Program-made: the position numbers and the translations under genes
Notes under the pieces: model-generated
Databases searched by the model: none
What the model was told of the DNA's origin: nothing
What the model saw: only the letters and a program-made list of their open reading frames with translations
In this document: positions 16,362 through 17,044 of the stretch, piece after piece
How the letters are laid out: each line of letters starts with the position of its first letter
Position numbering within the stretch: the first letter of the stretch is position 1
NCBI GenBank assembly: GCA_963695855.1
Contig: CAVOHZ010000011.1
Location: 1 to 17,044, forward strand
From: an uncultured Nitrososphaerales archaeon
GTDB lineage: Archaea > Thermoproteota > Nitrososphaeria > Nitrososphaerales > Nitrososphaeraceae
Length of the DNA: 17,044 bases
Direction of reading: 5' to 3'

Positions 16362-16924
16362 ATGCCAGAAAAATATCAATGTAAAATATGTAAAAAAATA
16401 TTTTCAAGACGATGGAATCTTCAACGACATCTCAAGGATGTTCACTCCATACCAAAAACATTTCCGAATGATTTTTTTAATCAAATAGAAAAAACAAGTA
16501 AAAATTTGAGTTTAAATAGAAATAACAAATTTTATAATACTAGGACCGATTCCTTTTTGGATGGAAAATATGGCAAAAAAAGCAATTTGGGAAATTTTAT
16601 TCAACATCGCATTCGCGATTACACGGAAATTCTAATCATGTTTATTCAAAGCCATTAGGTTCAATTTCAGATTCGTATCCATTCGATCAACCCCAACAAC
16701 GGTATCCATTCGATCAACCCCAACAACCATATTATGGCAGAGAAATGAGAAAATATTCCAAACGAGATTTAGATCATACGACATTGTTCGAATTGAGGAA
16801 CCGATTATATTGGAATCTTCCACCGTCCGAAGCTTCTGAATGGTATTCCTTTGCGTTAAAGAGTAGAATATCTTTTAGGGACAACGATATTGTTAATCAT
16901 ATGTTGGTTTTTTTTGATCATTAA
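16362..16924 (+). CDS. C2H2 zinc-finger protein; frame 0 ends at 16658 and a -1 frame continues to 16924
   Basis: YQCKICKKIFSRRWNLQRHLKDVH fits Y-x-C-x2-C-x3-F-x5-L-x2-H-x4-H. The -1 frame is stop-free from 16544 to TAA 16922-16924. Confidence 0.75.
16675..16727 (+). repeat. Tandem duplication, period 27 (26 identical bp, two copies)
   Basis: GTATCCATTCGATCAACCCCAACAAC at 16675-16700 and 16702-16727. Encodes YPFDQPQQR/YPFDQPQQP in the -1 frame. Confidence 0.92.
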
Positions 16925-16966
16925 TTTAGTTTGGTATAAATAGTTAGATTATTGGATAATAAAGGA

Positions 16967-17044
16967 GGGTTCGTAAGCTCAGCCAGGTAGAGCGTCTGGC
17001 TCGAAACTAGTTTTTCGAAGGTTAAAATGTCGTGGGTCTGAATC
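16967..17044 (+). tRNA. Degenerate or intron-containing tRNA-like gene (Lys-like body), truncated by the window
   Basis: GGGTTCG TAA GCTC AGCCAGGTA GAGC G TCTGG CT forms a clear 5' acceptor strand and D-arm. The later ATGTC GTGGG TCTGAATC resembles a variable loop and T-arm. TATAAATA at 16935-16942. Confidence 0.65.

Noticed and set aside
16632-16823. 63-aa minus-strand ORF with repeated VVGVDRMDT; also the 27-bp repeat as CRISPR
   Set aside because: Better explained as the antisense of the plus-strand -1-frame extension; the repeat copies are adjacent with no spacer.
16995-17011. Calling the terminal RNA a functional tRNA-Ser(CGA)
   Set aside because: The body is not Ser-like, the anticodon stem has only 4 pairs including a G-U, and the T-loop is non-canonical.

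Overview
AT-rich archaeal DNA. The gene content points to an ammonia-oxidising archaeon (Nitrososphaerota), most plausibly a low-GC Nitrosocosmicus-like organism; this is inference. The left part (1-~7600, on the 3' side of tRNA-Pro(CGG)) looks accessory and partly decaying. It holds an IS5/IS903-group transposase with a second, slightly diverged copy of its left end, small hypotheticals, a doubly inactivated UV-damage endonuclease (uvsE), a membrane protein interrupted by an amber stop, an atypical SDR fused to a 4-TM domain, and a CarH-type B12-binding protein. In that protein a beta-strand-rich basic N-terminal domain replaces the MerR HTH. A 9-bp motif (GCACTATGT) sits about 18-20 nt upstream of the TATA-like boxes of both this regulator and the membrane-protein gene. 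Together these suggest a cobalamin-based light/UV-response module, the best candidate here for an undescribed system. The right part is mostly core: an LhgO-like FAD oxidoreductase, an arcadin-1-like protein, a thpR-cca-kinase operon, a divergent ESCRT-III/CdvB paralogue, an Fe-ADH matching the thaumarchaeal malonic semialdehyde reductase, and an SRPBCC protein with an RHH-like tail. The window ends with a C2H2 zinc-finger gene that has a hidden -1-frame extension and a degenerate tRNA-like gene cut by the window edge. All family calls come from motif recognition by eye; no database searches were run.
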